From Azolla caroliniana (Eukaryota; Plantae; Polypodiophyta): a stretch of 45,620 bases of DNA. The stretch spans positions 1 to 45,620 of the forward strand of contig JBHGNT010000245.1 in NCBI GenBank assembly GCA_043228905.1, written 5' to 3'. Positions 32,290 through 43,849 of the stretch are shown here, in pieces. How positions within the stretch are numbered: the stretch's first letter is position 1; each line of letters starts with the position of its first letter. The translations under genes and the position numbers were made by a program. Under the pieces are notes generated by a model, which saw nothing but the letters and a program-made list of their open reading frames with translations, was not told the DNA's origin and ran no database searches.

Positions 32290-33050
32290 GTACTACGGCA
32301 ACAATGTGTGAGTTCTTGCTTCAAAACACCATATGCCTATACGGGTGTGTGGAGAATGTAGTGGCAAGCATGTGAGAGTTCAATGCCAATGAAGCCACAT
32401 AGCTCTTCGAGCAACTAGGAGTTAACCTATCCCTTACGATTGCTTAATAGCCCATTTAAGCCAATGGGAAGATAGAGCTTGGGCACGGTCCGATAAACAA
32501 GGCTATTGGCTGAGCTTGTGAATGAAGGGATGGTGATTGGCCTCCTTGTGGGTCGAGAGGACCACCCACAACTCATCAAAAGGGTTCATGCCAACTGAGC
32601 TCGTGTATGGTCTAAAGGTGTTAACGCACAAAGAAGAGATGATCACATCGTACGTGGCAATGTCCTGCCAAGGGGAGATTTGACAATACGCATTAACTAC
32701 GACCAAGAAAGATCGATGACGGAGACTGGGCGATCGTGTGCCACAACTGCCCCGAAGACCAACACAACTGAAAGAAGAAGTTCATGTGGTCATGGTTTGT
32801 GCCGTATGTGTGATCAACGAGAATGAAAAGATCGTGTACGACCTCGCTAAACTAGATAGTAGGGAAAAAAAGGTATGATATTCAAGAAGCGGTAGGACGA
32901 GATGCTAGACCTCGATGGCATTCACGACGACAATGACGACGAGGAGCAAGCATTGGGAAGCGATGGCGGCCACAAGTGACCACCTTCAGTCACCCCATTC
33001 TTGGCGTATACGGGTGGACGTGGGGGTTTCACGAGGTGGATGTTGTCACG
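32290..33050 (+). pseudogene. Highly degenerate Ty3/gypsy integrase and 3' UTR remnant (family of element A)
   Basis: CEFLLQNTICLYGCVENVVA resembles CRFLIEDVICRYGCVGKIVA, and ANGKIELGHGP is visible. TTGGCGTATACGGGTGGA resembles the 3' UTR of A. Confidence 0.75.
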
Positions 33051-33244
33051 TGGCGAGACCAAAGGAGGAATGCAGGGCAATGAGGGGGAAAGGGGAAGAT
33101 GTAAAAAGATCAATGTAAATAAAATCTAAAAAGGTTATAGCAATAAAAAGTCAAAGACCCTACTGATTGTGGAGTTGTAGTGTCCCTTGGCCACTTCAAC
33201 AATAGGAATATAGTTGTCACACGACACAATCACATCAAATACGT

Positions 33245-33318
33245 AGTTAGTGAGGATTGAACCTGCAACCTCACATCTACAAAACGAACGTCATGCTTAA
33301 CCATCTAGATATGAGCAT
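33245..33318 (-). other. tRNA-like remnant or SINE head
   Basis: A-box-like TATCTAGATGG and B-box GGTTCAATCC at tRNA-like spacing, with no intact cloverleaf. Confidence 0.4.
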
Positions 33319-33678
33319 GTATTTGTATATAATAGAGTATTGTATATTCTAGTATATATACATTCCAGAATATTCTAGAGCCTTTAGTGTATTCTAGAAA
33401 TATTTTATGGTGTATTCTAAACATGTATAATCTAGAGATATTTGTTAGGTATATTCTAGAGATACTCAATCTTAGAACTTGTATAAATACTTGTAATCTC
33501 TTTCATACCTTCCAAGGGATTCAACACCAGTCATTGACAAATTAATATAGTATTCTAATTTCGCGCCATCTTGTCTCCTTGCTCTTCTTATCTTTGTCTT
33601 CATGGTCTTGTTTCGTGCCCAACTTCTTAAGTTCCTCGCCTCGTCGTCCCCAACTTCCTGAGTTTCTAGCCTCGTCAC

Positions 33679-35323
33679 TTATAGCTCGTCTAGCTCCATG
33701 TCCTTGTAGGCATCCTCTTCCTCCACCTCCAAATCCGGATCTGGATCCGGCTCCGGCTCGTGTCCCTTCTTGAAGGCCTTTATTTGCTTCCTTGCAACCA
33801 ATATTGCTATCCTTGTTCCATTGAGCTCCGCCAAGTGGTAGGTCGCGTTGTCATTGGCGCTCGTCGCCACGTATGGCCCGAACCACCGTCATGCGAACTT
33901 CTGAGTCGACTTGTGTTGATTGTTGAGACTGTTGTCGTAGACCAGCACCCAATCGCCTTCTTTGATCTTCTTTGGTCTCAATCGGTGCGTCATGTCGAAC
34001 CGATCCTTACTCTTCATCCTCGCCTCCTTTAACTTTGCCTTCACCGATTCCATTTCCTCTAGATGCCTCTCCAGTTGTCGAATCCGCGCAACCAGCAACT
34101 CTTCCCGGCTCATTTCGTCTAATCAGTCGACCGACGTCCATGATGTTATTGTTCTCTCCACTGGAATGATCGGCTTTTGTTCGAACATGAGTTCGGCCGA
34201 CATGTATCCGGTTATAGAATTGTGCGTAGTTCGGTCGGCCCATAGTGCATATGTAAGAAGTCTCGGCCAATTTCCGACTCGTCTGTCGTAGGCTCATACT
34301 ATCGCTTTGACAATCGGCTCGTGCCCTCTTTCAACCTTCCCGTTCGCCAAATCACATCCTCGATCAAGAACCGACATACCGTTGTAGTCGTCTTGTTCGT
34401 TAATGCTCAGCCCTCTACCTAGTTCGTCAGGTCTTCTCTTGCTAACACCAAGTATTGGATCTGTCCTACACCAGTCGGCATCGTTAATATATCAACCATC
34501 CACTTAAAGTGAATGGTCGACGAGTAGGTCGGGTACAGTTTGTCATGGTGCCCGACTCCGAAATGTACCTAGCAACTATCACACATCGACACAAAATGAT
34601 GCACATCTTTGTACATCCCCGACCACCAGTACTTCTCTTTCAGCCTTTCGAAAGTCACTCACGTTCCCCGGTGTCCGGACCAGGGACTCTAGTGGATGTC
34701 CAACAGCAACATTGACGAGTCTTTCGCCCGCGTCACCACCCAGAGTGGTGGGTTGTTCCTCCTCTTCGAATGCTGCCATATCACCCCGTCTCGCAAGAAG
34801 AACTTGTAATCCTTTCTCTGGATTCGACCGACCTCTTCCTTCATCCACAATGCATCATCTATCATCGTGCTTAGGAACCGTCCTATACGAGGCCACTCCT
34901 CGTCGTAATCATCCTTGTTGAACTTGTTCAAGGTTGGAGTGATTCGCCTGTTTAATGACAATTAAGTTGACTCGAAGAAGTCCATGCCAACATCCTCGTC
35001 TTCTGATAGCATGACATTCTCATTGTCGTATCACCCTCTCGATAGCATGTCAACCATGGCATTATCCTTTCCAGAGATGTGTCGTATCTTCGGATCGAGG
35101 GACTTAATGTATGTGATCCACCTGAGCATTGCCAGGTCAAAAGTCGCGCATCTGGAAACCATCCCAAGGATCGGGAGGCAGTCTTTCTCGATTATCACCT
35201 TCATCCCAATCAGGTACTCTTTGTCGGCCTTTACCGCCGAAACAATACCCCATAGTTTGCGCTAAACATGGGCGTATCCTCTGTGTCGCTCACTAAGGAC
35301 CTTCGCGTCAAATCAGATGGCAT
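33679..35323 (-). pseudogene. Degenerate Ty3/gypsy pol, element O, copy 2 (includes the integrase C-terminus)
   Basis: MSREELLVARIRQLERH..., THRLRPKKIKEGDWVLVYD and YHLAELNGTRIA match the pol of A; multiple stops. Confidence 0.92.
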
Positions 35324-36394
35324 TGTCATGAAGGATTCCGACCATATGAAGAAATGGAGTTGGATGTGCGTGAACGTGTGTGTGCACGGATGCACACGAA
35401 TTAAGTGTTAGGTACAAACATATGTAAATAGCATAGGACTAGTGAGTACTAGGGAGTATTTACATAGTTTGCGCTAAACATGGGCGTATCCTTTGTGTCG
35501 CTCACTAAGGACCTTCGCGTCAAATCGGATGGCATTGTCATGAAGGCTTCCGACCATATGAAGAAATGGAGTTGGATGCGCGTGAACGTGTGTGTGCACG
35601 GATGCACACGAATTAAGTGTTAGGTACAAACATATGTAAATAGCATAGGACTAGTGAGTACTAGGGAGTAGGATTTAATGGGCACTTTAAAGACCCGCAC
35701 GGATAGAGAGGATACGGGGATTTGATGTGAGGAAATCAGGGGGGGATCTCTAACAATGATCACGATGTAACGCCCCCCCCCCCCCCTTGTGCTATTAAAG
35801 GGGAGGCTTGAGCCTGTTTTAAGGATCCATGATCGGGGAGGACGAAGTGCTCTCGGTTTGAGTACCGATCTCTCTCTCTCTCTTTCTCTCTTCCCCGCTC
35901 TCTGTTTTCTTATGTGTGTGTGTTTCGTGCTGATCTGGGAAAGGAGGTGAAGCCTCTGCTCACGCAGGAAGCTCGTGAGCTCCCGAGTAGAGGTTCATCG
36001 TTCTATGGGTGTTCGTGGTGGTCGTAGTTCAGAGCACCATTGCCGGCCAAGTCCGGTTGTAAACATTCATTCTATGTTAATCATTAGTATTTTGTTGTGT
36101 CTCTTCTTGTGTTGGGTATTTCCACGTAGTTCCTGCTTGCTGTTGTTCGCTACGCACCCATTCTGTCTCTGGTGTGTACGTGTCCGAGTCTGTGGGTTCG
36201 TCAACTCATTACTATTGTCCAACAGCCTGACTAGAACAATACCTTTCTTCAAGCCCTTGTGCTAACTGTTCGGGATCCGGTGTTGCGTTATTACACGCGT
36301 GTGTGTAGAAGGGGCGGGACCACGGGGGTCTCGGACGAGGGAGAAAAGGGATGCCAAGAAAACCAACACCAGATACGGCCTGGATGCAACCGAA

Positions 36395-36484
<90 letters not shown>

Positions 36485-38305
36485 CGTGCGCACTACACCG
36501 ACTCTTATGCACAGGAAACAAAGGGGTGGAAACACCCAACACTACCAGAGATGCGAATGTGCACAACCGAACATATATATATATATTACAATGGAACAGT
36601 TACAACTCCGGCTCCGAGCCGGACTAAGGTAAGTTAGGTCACAACAGTTGTCTGACGCCAAGCCGCCGTTGGGGAGCTCTTGGGCTTGTCGCGCCGAGCG
36701 GGGTCTTGCACAGGAAGCCGAGCCGAAGTAAACCTACAAAGGGGGGAAGATACTACCACGGCCACGAGCCGGTTACACTTAGAAGAAGAGAAGTTAACCT
36801 AACAGCTTTGCTACCATAGTTGCAGCTCGACTTCTCGAGAAGGAGAAGACTAAAGGAGACAAAAGAAGGAAGAATGAAGCTAACCCTAGAAAAACACGAA
36901 ATGGTATACCCTTTATGAATCAAAATGGGCAACCCTTTCACAAAGGGTGCTCCCTTCCTTTTATAGAACAAGGAGAGGGACGCATTACAATGTGACATAA
37001 ATCCCGACTTAAATGGGATTCTTTGTCCCGACTTGACTCCTATTATTCACACGTTTTACAAGGGTGAGCACACACGATGCACTCCGCCGATTCTCCCGTT
37101 ATTTTCCGATTCCACCTAGGGACGGTTTTCTCCACAACATCTGCCCCCACCTAACCGTGCATCCACCGATATGCGCCAAAATGGACTCTTGCTGGAGAAG
37201 ACCGGCCCACGCTTATCCTTCACCTTCTGGATCGACATCCATTCCAAGCCGATCGTTGTCACTATCCATGTCGTCTGGGTCCGGTTCATCCTCGTGCGCT
37301 TACCTCTCCGTAGGCCCATTCGACCCGTCAATAGGTCGTTCATCACGACCTCGTAGCACGCGCACTTCATTGTTGGCCTTTCACTTGGCCGAATGCACGC
37401 TCCGCTCTCCGTAAGTCCGGGGTCCTCCACTTGAGGAGCACTTGTAACGGCCCGCTTGGCCTCAGTCCGTTGCCACGTTGTCTTGGTCGCCGTCTTTGCC
37501 GCCGCTACCGTCTGTCACTCTCGGTCTCACACGGCTCTCGGGCCAGATGCTAGAGTCTCCAGAGTCGGTGCGTGCGAAGTCCCGGCACCACCGCTTCCCT
37601 TTTGCCTGTGGGTGTCCTCTACGTCCGAGGAATACTCGTAGTAGCTTGCTTGGCCCCTCTTTCGTCTTGCGCCGTTGCCGCCGGGTTGAAGCCTTTTGCT
37701 CGCCGTCGTCCCCTTGCCCCCACCAGCTTGTCATCTCGGGCTTGGCTTGCCACGCCAGTCGTTGCCACTTCGACTAAGCCGTTGAGACCTCCGAAGCGGG
37801 CGTGGAGGATCCTTCTGCGGCCTGTATCTTCCCCGGTTTTCGACCCGTGCAGCTCATCGCGCACCCCTTTCCGCGTTCCCGGCACCACCGCGTGCGTGCC
37901 GTCCTTTACTCGTGCTCCGATTCGGTCGTCGATAGCCACTTGCACGATTCTTCTTCAACTCTGGGTGTGCCCTTCTTAGCTTGGCACACCGCCCGTACTT
38001 GCCCTTACTGGCTCCTTCAGAAAACGTAACCGACCAGTAGGGGGTTCGCACTTAGACAACTTCCGTCTTGTCGACTATTGTCGATGCCGGGTCTCGTTCC
38101 TTGCTGCCACCAACCTTCTCTCTCAGTCTTACGTTGCCACGTTGGCCGAATAGCCGGAGTCTCCGGATCGGTGTGAAGATCCCATAGGGTTGGTCTTTGT
38201 TTCGTTGCTTGCCGAAATTCGGGTGTCTTTTGTTTGAGTCCCTCCCGGACTCTCCTCGTGTCTCCCGCGTAGTCGGGTCCCGCTTCCCGCCGCCACCAGC
38301 TTTCT
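35324..38305. mobile_element. Elements D and B, copy 2 (LTR B at 36281-37139)
   Basis: Duplicate of 1316-4297. Confidence 0.8.
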
Positions 38306-38344
38306 TGTAGAAGATTGCTTGCGGAAGCGTTAGAAAGAACAATA

Positions 38345-38423
<79 letters not shown>

Positions 38424-41400
38424 AAAACACACTATTTTCCAAAATTATATGAATACTCTGTGCTCTGTATCTACAACGCGCTCATCAGCGCTATTTATAC
38501 AAGTCCACACGGGACTGTTAGAAGTATGGTGTACTTCAATGCTCACACGAGCATCTGACACTAACTACGAGACTATAACTGCCTAGTAGTCTAACCTATA
38601 CTAGGCTTCCGGTTACAGATTGGATCCGGCATACCGGCTCCCCAGCTCACTGGTCCTTACTGCTTACCGACTTGGTTGCTCACCGGCATACCGATTCATC
38701 TCGCTTACCGGCTCAGGCTTATTCAGCCGATTCGGCTCTGGTTGAGCTTGCCGCTCAACACTCCCCCTCAAGCTCAACCTGAGGTAGGGTCGTAGTGTCA
38801 ACCTCTGTGGCAGCCGGTTCTTCCAACCGACTTCTCCTGGCGTCGCTTCGCCTTGCTCGCGTCCTTGTTCGGTCTGGTCCCGTTTGCCGCGACCCTTTTG
38901 GTTCTACGCGCCTCGACCTTCGGCATGTCTGCTCAATAGGCCCATCTCAGCTCCTTCGCTGCTATGACTCCGACGCTTGCCGATCCATCGGTTCCACCGT
39001 GATGGCATCAACTTCCGCTGCGTCCGTGTCTCCTTGGCCTCTCGTTGATCCGACTCATCCGGATCCGTCTGTTGATCCGAATTGGTTGTCTCCGACTCGT
39101 TCCAGCTCTTGTCTGAATCGGTATCCTCCGATTCGATTTTCGGCTTCAGGCCTCTCACCACATCGGACCATGTCCGAATCTTGGCCTTCTCCGTGCTTTC
39201 CTTGGCTTCTTCAGCCGGTTCACCGAAGTCGAATTCTTCATTCGACTCCGCATCATGGCCATTACGATCATGATGACCTCCGCATAGCATGCACTTCTCT
39301 TCCTGAGTGTACACTTCTTCTTCATAGCCGCTCACTCCGACCTGTTCGGATGTGCCGACTTCCTTCGTCGACTCGGCTTCATTTTTCTTCTTGTCTCCAC
39401 CTCTACCGGTTCTTCTCTTACCTACGGGTTCAACCGTTTTTTTGCCTTTGCCCGTTTCGGTAGTGTCTTTGCCCTTGCATCTCCCCCTCAAGTGCGGCAC
39501 GTCGAGATGCTGAACACCAAGCATTTCGGTAAAGTGTTGCAACTTGTCCGACGCGAGCGGCTTGGTGAAGATGTCGGCAACTTACCGATCCGTGTGAACA
39601 TACCGTAGTTCAACTTCACCGCTCAGGACCCGCTCACGCACGAAGTGATAATGCACTTCTATGTGCTTTGTGCGAGCATGGAACACAGGGTTCTTGGCGA
39701 GCTGCATGCTGCTGAGGTTATCGCAGTAGATCGGGATCGGGTTCGGTACCTTGATCTGCAGGTCTTGCAGTAGTCGCCGAAGCCAAATGGCTTCGCAAGT
39801 GGCAACGATCACGCCCCGGTATTCAGCCTCAGTGCTGGATAGAACCATTGTTGGCTGCTTTTTGCTGCTCCACGCAACAGCCGCGCTCCCAAGAGAAAAC
39901 ATAAAGCCGGAAGTTGAGTGACGATCCGTTGCATCGCCAGCCTAGTCGGCATCCGTGTAGCCAACAAGCTCTTTGGTTATACCTTGTCGGTATAAGAGCC
40001 CCCGGTCCTTAGTGCCGCTTACATACCTAAATATTCATTGCGTGCATAGAAGGTGCTCCACGGTTGGCTTCTGCATGTATTGGCTTACCACTCCGACCGG
40101 ATAGCTAATGTCGGGTAGGGTGATGGTCAAGTAGATCAGGCTTCCGACTATTTCTCGAAACCTTTTCTCATCGCAGGATGGTCCGGAGTTGGGACAGATC
40201 TTCTGATTCCAGTCCAGGGGTGTGGAGACAGGTCGGCATTCTGTCATGCCAAACTTGTACAGTATATTCAACACATAATGGCGTTGAGAAAGCAATATGC
40301 CGTCGGGGGTGCGGATCACCTTGATCCCCAAAAAATAATGAAGGTCCCCCAAGTCCTTCATATCGAATGCGTCTAACAACTGGGACTTGACGCGGTTGAT
40401 TTCCGAAAGACCTGGGCCGGTGATGACTAAATCATCAACATAGAGTAAGATACATACCGGACCGTTTGAGCCTTGACGGATGAACAAGGAAGAGTCCGAC
40501 TTAGAGGCAACAAACCCCATCTTTCGCAACCGGTGCGTGATCTTAGCATTCCAAGCACGGGGGGCTTGCTTCAAGTCGTACAACGACTTCCTCAGCCGAC
40601 ATACCGCCGACTTGTTCACCTCCGACTGAAATCTGAGGGGCTGAGTCATAAAGACTTCTTCTTCAAGATCTCCTTGAAGGAAGGCATTCTTCACATCCAT
40701 CTGATGAAGATGCCACCCCCTTGCCGCAACAACCGCCAGTACCACACGAACCGTCGTCATCTTTGCTACAGGAGTGAAGGTCTCGTCGTAGTCGATTCCG
40801 TGGGTCTGCGCATATCCCTTTGCCACTAACCGGGCCTTGTACCGGTTAACTGTACCATTGGCATTGTAGTTTATCTTGTACACCCACTTGCATCCGATCG
40901 GTTTACAGTGACGGGGAGGGTCAACCAGGTCCCAAGTTCCGTTGGCATCCAGTGCCCGCATTTCTTCCTCCATAGCGGCACACCAATTTGCATCCTTTGT
41001 CGCTTCTGCGTAGCTGTCCGGCTCACGCACTTCTGCGACCTTGGTCATGTATGCATAATGATGCGCCATGTACTCGTTATACTCGTACCGTTTAACGGGA
41101 TCCTTCTGGTGGGTGGACCGGCGTAACTCACCGTTACCCGGTATGAGACCCTTCTTGGCTGGTTTGGTCTTCGTTCCCGAAGATCTGCCTATGTCCTTGC
41201 CGAAGTCAGATACGCACCGATCCGACTCATCATTACCGATCCCTTTCTCTTTGCGTGTGAACCGTCTCCTCGGTTCCTTGCGCGGGGAGAGCACGACAGA
41301 GTCTCCACTACTCGCCGTCTCATCATCCGACTGGTTGGACTGATCTAGTCTCTCATTTGGTCCGCTTAACCGGAACGATTCCGAACTCTCATCTTGAGTC

Positions 41401-43099
41401 CCGTCTTCATCTTTCTCTACTTGGGCCGGTTCGGGCTCACTAGCCCCATCCTCCGACATTGGGTCGGGATCAAAAGTCAGAGTCGATAAGGAATACCACG
41501 ATGTCAATTCATCAAACTCGACATCTCGGCTGACTTGGACCTGCTTCATCCGAGGGTTATAACACTTATACCCCTTTTGCTCTTGAGCATAGCCGACTAG
41601 GATGCATTTTTCCCATTTTGCATCTAGCTTTCTCCGCTTCTCATCCGGCACATGTACATAGGCTATGTGGCCAAATATCTGGAGGTGTCTCAAATTCGGC
41701 TTGCGCCCGAAATACAGCTCGTGAGCTAACACCTTGTCCCCGATCCGGTTTTGGATGTAAACGACCATTTGGACCGCCTCCGCCCAATAGAACTTGGGCA
41801 TACTCTTTTCCTCCAGCATTGCCCTAACCACGTCAATCAACGATCGATTCTTCCTTTCAGCCACACCGTTCTGTTGCGGTGTGTATCTGCAGCTGAATTC
41901 TCGCCGAAATCCTTTTTGTTGTAGATAGCTGTTGAATTGGCCGGAAAAGTACTCTTTTCCGCCATCCGACCGTAGGCATTTGATCTTCCTCTCTGATTCC
42001 CGTTCCACCATCTTCTGGAGGCTCTAGAAACACTCGAAGACTTCGCTCTTCCGCTCAATGAGGTAGATCCACGTATGCCGCGTGTAGTCGTCGATGAAGG
42101 AGACGAAATATCGACTCCCGCCAATGCTAACATTTTGTGCCGGTCCCCACACATCCGAATGGATAAGATCAAGCTTGTTACGGCTTCGATTTCTTTCGGT
42201 GGGGAATGGAAGCCGATGTTGCTTCCCGAGTTGGCAGGCTTCACAAATCTGGGCTCTCCGGCCGCTAAACTTCGGCAAACCGAAAACGACTTGTTCCGTT
42301 TGCAGGTCTTGAAGCCTTCGGTAGTTGACATGGCCGATCCGCTTGTGCCACAGTTTGATATCCGACTCGACCTTCTGTCCTTTGGCGAACAATGCGGTGC
42401 CGACATCATTGCTATTGAGGATAAACATCCTCCCATCTCTGCGCCCTTGTGCAATAACTTCGCCCTCATCCTCAATGAAGCACCCGAGGTGCGTAAACCG
42501 CACCTGCATCCCCTGGTCGACGATCTATCTGACCGACACCAGGTTCTTCGTGATCGTCGAAACATGTAATACATTCATCAGCTTCCCCCTCTGTCTGACG
42601 TGGCTCAAAGGGACTTCTCCGACGTGCACGATCGGGTGGGGAGTGTCGTCTCCGGTTTCGACAACTCCCGGTTGATACCGGCTTCTCCAAAAAGGAGAAC
42701 CACTCCCCGTGGCTCGTCATGTGGTTCGATGCGCCGGAGTCAACGTACCACACTTCCTCCGATTTGGAAGTGGTCTTCTTCATTGAGTTTGCCTTATGCT
42801 TCATCATCAAGGCTGGCCCCTTACCGTTCTTGGATCCTCCTGATCCGTTTGCGTAGTGCGAGCTTTGTCGGCCTTCCTTACCAGTCTTGCCGGATCCGGA
42901 TTTGTCTGAATCGGCACGCTTTCTCCAGCACTCGCTTTCCCTGTGGCCCTTTTTGCCACAGTACCAGCATTTCGTAGCGGATTTGTCTTGCCGGCCTCCG
43001 GCACCACCTTGACTCCCTCTGCTTGTGGAAGTCCCAGAACTGTTGTTGGCACGTTCATTGTGCCTTCGTTCTTGCTCTTGTCGGCCGCCTCCTTTGCGT
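38306..43099 (-). mobile_element. Ty1/copia element with gag-pol pseudogene, copy 2
   Basis: Duplicate of 4298-9090 with the same stops. Confidence 0.93.
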
Positions 43100-43849
43100 T
43101 GTCGTGAAGAATTTCGGCTAGAGGCGGAAACCGGGAAGCATTGGCTACATTGGCGGGGGCAGCATGTGTGTTCACCCCATGTACATTTAGTGTGAATAAC
43201 AAGGGGCCTTTATGGCGCCGAAGAGTAGTCAAGTCGGGACAGACGATCCCATGTAAGTTAGGATTTATCCCACATTGTAACGCATCCCTCTCCTTGTTCT
43301 ATAAAAGGAAGGGAGCGCCCTTTGTGAAAGGGGTTGCCCATTTTGCATTAGAGGGTATACCGTTAGATTTAGGGTTAGTTACATTTCTTCTTCTTCTCCC
43401 CCCTTCGTGTTCGCTTAGGGTTTGCTTCAGCTCCTCTCCTGCGCAAGACCCCGCTCGGCGCAACGAGCTCGTGAGCTCCCCGACGGCGGCTTGGCGGCTG
43501 ACGACTATTGTAACCTACCTTGGTCTGGCTCGAAGCCGAGAATGTATTCTTCCTTTTATATATATACATTTGCGTCTGTCTTTGTATATTCGCGTCTCTG
43601 TTGGTGTCGGGTGCTTCCCCTTTCTTGCGTTTCCTGTACATAAGGGCGTGAGTCGGGTCGGCATGTGTCTGTGTGTGCGTGTGTGCGCGTGAGTCGGTGT
43701 TAAGAGCGTGCTCCCTCCCTCCCTCTCTCACCCTTCGGTCGCTTCCGACGTTCTTCTGGGATCCCCGGAAACGGTGAAGCACGACTTCCTACGCTCCGTC
43801 ACTCCCTAGGTCAAGACCCCCGTGGTCCCGCCTTTCTCCACGCACGCGC
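43100..43849 (+). mobile_element. 5' LTR of element C, copy 2
   Basis: Duplicate of 9091-9840. Confidence 0.85.

Noticed and set aside
28200-33680. Further snRNA genes (U4, U5, U6, U11, U12) near U1/U2
   Set aside because: I found no diagnostic sequences or extra USE-TATA pairs by eye. An Rfam scan would settle it.
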